The translations under genes and the position numbers were made by a program. Shown here piece by piece: positions 57,004-64,000 of a stretch of DNA of 64,000 bases. Below the pieces are notes generated by a model. It ran no database searches. It had not been told where the DNA came from and saw only the letters and a program-made list of their open reading frames with translations. Numbering within the stretch: the first letter of the stretch is position 1; every line of letters begins with the position of its first letter. Source of the DNA: the human T2T-CHM13v2.0 reference genome, Homo sapiens; the NCBI RefSeq assembly GCF_009914755.1, contig NC_060936.1; one strand, written 5' to 3'.

Positions 57004-57903
57004 GCAAGAGCTTTGTTAAGTAGAAAGTGATATGCTGTTATTTATTTGCTTTATCCCAACTGAATCCAGGCTCCTTTACCACAGGAACATCTTATCATTC
57101 TTCTTCAAACCCCCAGCATCTAGTATAATGCCAAGTCCAAAGTAGTTACCCAATGACAGCTTTTTAATGAATCAATCTTTAAATCCTCACATACCTACCC
57201 TCATACTTTAAACGTGGTAGACATTAGTGAATATTTGTTGAGTTTAATTGGACTAGAAGAATGACTCAGCTAAAAAGTATATGGCACTCCATTGACCAGG
57301 CAGTTCAAATACCATTACATTGAAAACATCTGTAAAACAAAATATTTTTTAATCTCTAATAATGTCTCACCTTTTAAAACAATAATTAATTCAAGAAAAT
57401 TCTAATTTTAGACATATGCCAGAATAGCTCATTTCCTCTCCAATAATCTGATGAGTCTCTTGTGTATGTTATGGTGACCAGCAGATATAATAACCTTCAG
57501 TTGATATCGATAGATAGACTTCGTCTTTCATTAAGTAATGATCTGATTGCCAGTACTTTGAATTACCTTTTTGCCACTCAATGGATATTCTACAGATGTT
57601 GGAGGGAGAGGAAACTGTTAAGTATTCAATTTACTTGCTTTTCTCCTTAGTAACTATCACTCATATCTCCCTTGTTGTCAGAAATCTTCAATTTTATATA
57701 GTACAGATTCCTTACCAAAAGTCTCATACTGTGAGTCAAAACACTTTTGAGGCTTGCCTGAAACCAAGGAATTGGGAATGTTATGTAATACAGTATAATT
57801 AAAATTACATAAGTACATTTACTGTATTTGTTCAAATTTTGAACAGATATTCATCTTTCAAATTTTATACTAAGATATTAATTGCTGTTTGGGTTTCTTT
57901 TAG

Positions 57904-57975
57904 ACATTTCTATGACAATCCCATCCAATTTGTTGGGAGATCTGCTTTTCAACATTTACCTGAACTAAGAACACT
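57904..57975 (+). CDS. LGR5: LGR5 coding exon 9 (72 nt: [24 protein letters not shown])
   Basis: tttctttttag|A...ACACT|gtaagt. Confidence 0.97.
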
Positions 57976-58131
57976 GTAAGTTTCTATGTCTCTTATGGAT
58001 CACTTTCCCTCTACAGGGTTGCTGTGAAAAACCAAATGAATATTATAGATTGAAGTGCTTTGAAAATGGCAATAAAAATTACCCCTGTCTAGAATCTTCT
58101 ACCAGTAATACTTATATACTCCTCTTTCTAG

Positions 58132-58200
58132 GACTCTGAATGGTGCCTCACAAATAACTGAATTTCCTGATTTAACTGGAACTGCAAACCTGGAGAGTCT
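58132..58200 (+). CDS. LGR5: LGR5 coding exon 10 (69 nt: TLNGASQITEFPDLTGTANLESL)
   Basis: ctttctag|G...AGTCT|gtaagt; follows a 156-nt intron. Confidence 0.97.
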
Positions 58201-58340
58201 GTAAGTACTGAGTAGACTCTTGACTTTGCCCAGAACATACACTGCCATTAGAACTTGATCAGTCTTAACATCAGTGAGTCAAAATATGTCACTGTGTGAT
58301 GCCCGAATGAAAGAATTATGTCTGGTTTGTGTTTTAACAG

Positions 58341-58412
58341 GACTTTAACTGGAGCACAGATCTCATCTCTTCCTCAAACCGTCTGCAATCAGTTACCTAA
58401 TCTCCAAGTGCT
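58341..58412 (+). CDS. LGR5: LGR5 coding exon 11 (72 nt: TLTGAQISSLPQTVCNQLPNLQVL)
   Basis: ttttaacag|G...GTGCT|gtgcgt (weaker donor); follows a 140-nt intron. Confidence 0.95.
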
Positions 58413-60551
58413 GTGCGTATCAGTAAGGCAATAATGTTGTGTAAACAGGCAACTTCCATTTAGGGGTGAAATGGCAGACATGATTTCAATAATCTCTTTA
58501 AAAGAGGAGAAAGTTTTTCCTTTCAGGTCTGCAGGAGGTCAAGCCTCCTTTGCCCTCTTTGGTCCAGGCTCTCTGACATGATCCTGGTAACAAATGGTAA
58601 TGTACCCTTTGTTTTCTAAGTCCCAAACAAGCTCCCACTAGACTTTCAGTTGGCACATGTTTTCTTTCAGAAAAGATATGAAGAGGCCAAAATCACTTTA
58701 TTTCCCCCTCTAAAGGCTTTGCAGAGCAGAACAAAATAACATAATGGATCAACCACCCAATATGGATGCCAAAATCAAAAACTGAGATCTCAGATCCACA
58801 CAATCCTTGATAAAGGTGATCAAACATCCTTCCAGTATAGTTGTCAATGCCATGTTCTAATGTTTCCTGTAATGGTTAAACAGCTTGCATATGTTATTTC
58901 TATTGACTTGGGACTTTTTTCCTCTGCCTTTCCCATGTGTTATGAAAAAAAGTAGTTTACATGGATTCAAGGAGACTTGTTTTGACCTTCCATTTTTCAG
59001 CCTTCTCCCTCAACTTCCACTCAACACAATCATTGTTCTCTCAAGCATGTTGGGACTTAATAAAAGGACTCTTAATCTTTTGCCATGGCTCTGCACTCAC
59101 ATAGAAGGCACCTGTGGCAATTGAGCGCCTGCAATTTCACTATAAGCTTTACTTAGCAGCACTCAGAATGTTAAGTAGATAAACGGGAATGGCTGCCTCT
59201 GTGATTCTGCCTTTCCCCAGCCCCAGCCTGCCGTGTCACTTCAGACTCCAGTTGCTCAATGATATGTGGGTGCAGTGACACCACATGGTAGCCTTGGAGT
59301 CAGTGATTCACATCTGAAGGAAGGGAGTATAGAGCAAATCTTTCTTCGCCCTACCCCACCCCACCCCATGAAGTGCAGCTACAGATAAGAAAGCAGTATT
59401 AGAGAATTTAATTTGTAAAAATCACAAAGCAAGAAAGAAGCGAGTTTGAATTCAAATACAATCAATTTGATTGAATAACTGGGAGAAAGTGTGTGTATAT
59501 CAGGTGGTAGAAATTTGGGGGGCCATGTTAGAATTCTGCCTACCACACCCAGAACAGGTATAATCATCCCCATTTCTCCAGAAAACTGGCGCAGTTATAT
59601 GATTAGGATTTTACATACTGGAGCTAGTAAGTAAGGAACCAGTGTTTAAACTGCATCTCTCTCTGCTATGTCACACAATGAGTGGTAACCACTCAGGTCT
59701 AGAACTGCATGAATGGAGGCTCACTGGCAAAATGACTTTAAAAGCAAAGGCTGTGGAGCCAACTTTTCTGGTTCAAATCCAGGCTCTCTATATGCCAGCA
59801 CAGGATCTTGAGCACATTATTATTCCTCCTGGAGCTCAGTTTCCCAGTCTATAAAAGGAGATGTAGCCACTTCCTTCAGAGGGTTCTCATGAGGACTGAT
59901 TAAATGACTACATGTCAAACAGTTACAGCAGCACCTGGGACACTGTAACTCTCAGTCAGTGTTAACTTTTATCATCTTTCTCACTTCCCTGGAACCATTA
60001 TTCTTTCCTTGAGTTGGAACTTGAAAAGCCGGGAGGAATACACATAACATTCATAGTAGATCTTGCCATTTTCAAAGCATTTTCACCTATAATATTCATT
60101 TGTTCTTCCCAATGACCCTGCAAAATGGTGTCTTCTCATTTAGGAGAACTGAGAAAGATACCAATGCTTAGCTAGTGTATCAACCGAGTAGAATTAGCTG
60201 AAGTTGAGACTAGAACCCCGGAGCCTCTCCCCTAGTACAAGGTGCTTTATGTTCTCCTGGGGGTATAGATCTGAGAGCTCTCCCCTTTGGCTAACTCATC
60301 CACTGAGTACTTGTTACATGAGGAAATTTCACTGTACATGACTAGTTTTGCGTCATGTGCATGGGAATTATTTAGCCCATTCTGTAGGCTATGTGTAACT
60401 TTCCCCACTTACTAGCTGGTCAGCTTAGGCAAGTCATTTCATATTGTATGGGTAGAATTATGGTGTCTCCCTCATAAGGTGGCCACAGGAATTAAACCAG
60501 ATAATTCAAGTAAAGCTATAAACATGGTACCTTTATATAAGAAGTGCTTGG

Positions 60552-61825
60552 CAATGGGCAAAGGATTCCCTGTTTAATAAATGGTGCTGAGAGAACTGGC
60601 TAGCCATATGCAGAAAATTGAAACTGGATCCCTTCCTTACACCTTATACAAAAATTAACTCAAGATGGATTAAGACTTAAATGTAAAACTTAAAATATAA
60701 AAACCCTAGAAGAAAATCTAGTCAATATCATTCAGGACATAGGCATGAGCCAAGATTTTATGATGAAATCGCCTAAAGCAATTGCAACAAAAGCAAAAAT
60801 TGACAAATGGGATCTAATTAAACTAAAGAGCTTCTGCACAGCAAATGAAACTATCATCAGAGCAAACAGACAACCTACAGAATAGGAGAAAATTTTTGCA
60901 ATCTATCCATCTGCCAAGGGGCTAATATCCAGAATCTACAAGGAACTTAAGCAAATTTACAAGAAAAAGACAACCCCATTAAAACGTGGGCAAAGGATAT
61001 GAACAGACACTTCTCAAAAAAAAGACATACATGCAGCCAACAAACACATGAAAAATAGTTCAACATCACTGATCATTAGAGAAATGCAAGTCAAAACCAC
61101 AATGAGATACCATCTCACACCAGTCAGAATGGCAATTATTAAAAAGTCAAGAAACAACAAATGCTGGCAAGGTTGCAGAGAAATAGGAATGCTTTTACAC
61201 TGTTGGTGGGAATATAAATTAGTTCAACCATTGTGGAAGACAGTATGGCAATTCCTTAAATATTTAGAACCAGAAATACCATTTGACCCAGCAATCCCAT
61301 AACTGGGTATATACCCAAGGGAATAGAAATCATTGTATTATAAAGATATATGCCCATGTATGTTCATTGAAGCACTATTCACAGTAGCAAAGACATGGAA
61401 TCAACCCAAATGCCCACCAATGATAGACTGGATAAAGAAAATGTGCTACATATACACCATGGAATACTATGCAGCCATAAGAAGAAATCAGATCATGTCC
61501 TTTGCAGGGACATGGATGAAGCCGGAAGTCATTATTCTCAGCAAACTAATGCAGGAACAGAAACCAAACATTGCAAGTTCTCACTTGCAAGTGGGAGCTG
61601 AGCAATGAGAACACATGGACACAGGGAGAGAAACCACACTTAACTGGGCCTTGCCGGGGGAGGGTGGGAAGGGGAAAGCATTAAGGAAAAAAGCTAATGC
61701 GTCCGGGGCTTAATACCTAGGTGATGGGCTGATAGGTGCAGTAGACCACCATGGCACACGTTTACCTACGTAACAAACCTGTACATTCTGCACATGTACC
61801 CCAGAATTTTAAAAAAATAAAATAA
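60552..61825 (+). mobile_element. L1PA 3' fragment (about 1.3 kb) inserted in a MIR
   Basis: ORF2 C-terminal relics (ORFs 61048..61302, 61333..61608) plus 3' UTR; TSD aagtgcttgg at 60542-60551 and 61835-61844. Confidence 0.93.
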
Positions 61826-63012
61826 TTTTTTTTAAAGTGCTTGGTCAGTGTTAGCCCTGAAAATCATTAGGTAGAAGGCAACACTATGCCTTTATGTAGA
61901 AGGTCTTTTGTTCCCTCTATTAAGAGGTAGACAATGAAGGAGTATCCCCTTTGCAGCCTGCAGAGATGAGTAAACCAATTATCAGCTTTGATAATATGTG
62001 TGTCCATTTTATTATATTCGCTATTTTTCAAAAATACATACCATATTAATAATCAGGTATATTTGTGCATAGGTGTGAGATTTTGGAGGTATTGGGTGGG
62101 GGGGTATCTTTCAAACCTTCAGAAAGTTACAAATTTGGATTTACAAGCAGCTTCATTTGTACTATTTATGCGGAGTAAATGGACTTTATTCCTTTATAAA
62201 TCCCATTTATTCAATAAATGTAGGATAAAGTGATCAATTATAAGACTAATTTGAAGCCCCTTAGAAAAAGTATGATTTTTCCCATTGCATAGTGGTGATC
62301 TGGTTTTAAGAATTAGAATCAGGCATGAAAATGTGTTAGTTGATTAGCTGATAACTTTTAAAACATGAAACAAAATTGTTCTTATATATCTATGTTACGT
62401 TATCTACCAACTTTCTTTTCTTTCAAGCTTTCGCAAATTATGATGGCTTGCTTTAGATTAGTTATATTATACTATAAATATGTCCAGATGTTTTTGTTAT
62501 TCTGTAATTTGTTGAATTTTGGCTGAAGATTTTCTTAGATTCCGTTCCCCCACCTCCTTCTTGTAGTGATTGATTTCAAAGCTCCTGCTATGTTTTGAAT
62601 TGTTAGGTTTTTTTAAAGAGTTGATTAGAAAAGAAACAACAATGATTTGTCTGAGCTGTAGAGATGTAGCAGCTCTTAGAGACAGAGGCACAATTATTTA
62701 ATTTAATTTGTTCTCATTGCAGTAAGATAATAGCTAGAGCATTTAGAGAAGTACTAACAAAATATAAATGAATTCATTAAGTAAACTATTTAAATCAATT
62801 AAAGAAGTATAACAGTTACATTTCAGTAAACATTTGAATCTACTGGTTAATCCAATAATGGCTGTGACTACCTGCTCCATGTCAGGGCTATGAAAATGTT
62901 CAGAGTCTGCCTTTGGGAGATATAACATCTTGGAGGGAAAAGGAGAGCAAAGCATGTTTCTTTATGATTTATTTGTAACAGATTTTCCCTTTTTGCACCT
63001 TCTGTTTTTCAG

Positions 63013-63078
63013 AGATCTGTCTTACAACCTATTAGAAGATTTACCCAGTTTTTCAGTCTGCCAAAAGCTTCAGAAAAT
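63013..63078 (+). CDS. LGR5: LGR5 coding exon 12 (66 nt: DLSYNLLEDLPSFSVCQKLQKI)
   Basis: tttttcag|A...AAAAT|gtaagt. Confidence 0.97.
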
Positions 63079-63555
63079 GTAAGTCTAGAAGTCTCTAAGT
63101 CACCTAGCAAAAATCAAGAATCAAAACTCACATTTCTCAGGGTCACTGGTTCATTTACCCTGTGGTTCACTGGGGAGACATGTGATCCTTTTCCTTCTTA
63201 CACACACAAGGTGTGACTGTGCAGTGTGCTTAGAAAGTTGAGAAACATAGATAATATTATTTTTTCATGCACTGTACCATATTAGTAAAACATTTATTAT
63301 ATATCCGCTTTTTTCTCCCCCTAACTCAGGGTACTAGTGAATTGGGTGTGTTTGGGCTTTGAAATTTTTCTTATTTTAGAAGTACAACCAAACTTACATA
63401 TCCAATGAGTGGTGTTATTTTTTAATATGTGGGGACTTGGGTTTGTTGGTGTGTTTGTTTCACAATAGTCAACTTTAGGGGAAGGCCATATTTGTCATAT
63501 TTAAAGTGCTACAGATGGTACTTATGCATGAAACTCTTTAGAATTCCTCTCTTAA

Positions 63556-63880
<325 letters not shown>

Positions 63881-64000
63881 AAACTTGTTGTTTTATAGTC
63901 ACACTTCAGTTTTGATCAAAACAATATTCACCATCTATCCCTTCACATTTAGTTTTTCTCTCAATGCCTTTGGGTGCTTAAGGGAAAAAAACAAAGCAAA

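Noticed and set aside
61048-61608. ORFs resembling L1 ORF2 C-terminus (also 10096..10359, 11807..12061, 47613..47828)
   Set aside because: Broken relics of 5'-truncated L1 copies; not independent genes.

Overview
Primate (human-type) genomic DNA, AT-rich and dense in interspersed repeats. It covers the middle of LGR5 (leucine-rich repeat GPCR 5, R-spondin receptor and Wnt target) on the + strand. Ten internal coding exons (exons 3-12 by recalled numbering; 852 nt, 284 codons of LRR ectodomain, RLAGNALT...CQKLQKI) have canonical AG/GT borders. Every intron is phase 2 and the ORF track catches only exon 5. The rest is intron with about 28 Alu/FLAM pieces, seven sense-oriented L1 3' fragments, MST, MLT1 and LTR8-type LTRs, Tigger2a/MER5/MADE1 DNA transposons, L2/MIR relics and a 39-bp VNTR. 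I see no novel protein-coding system. The best leads are: an ASCL2-type E-box plus TCF/LEF motif cluster in intron 4; a polypyrimidine-CAG-AG-GTAAGT recursive-splice-like site near the centre of intron 4; three separate inverted template-switch scars (one 139/140 identical); inverted Alus flanking exon 5; a weak exon 11 donor that could give a soluble ectodomain; a candidate L1 3' transduction; and a splice-bounded antisense open frame. Repeat subfamily names and boundaries are by eye and approximate.
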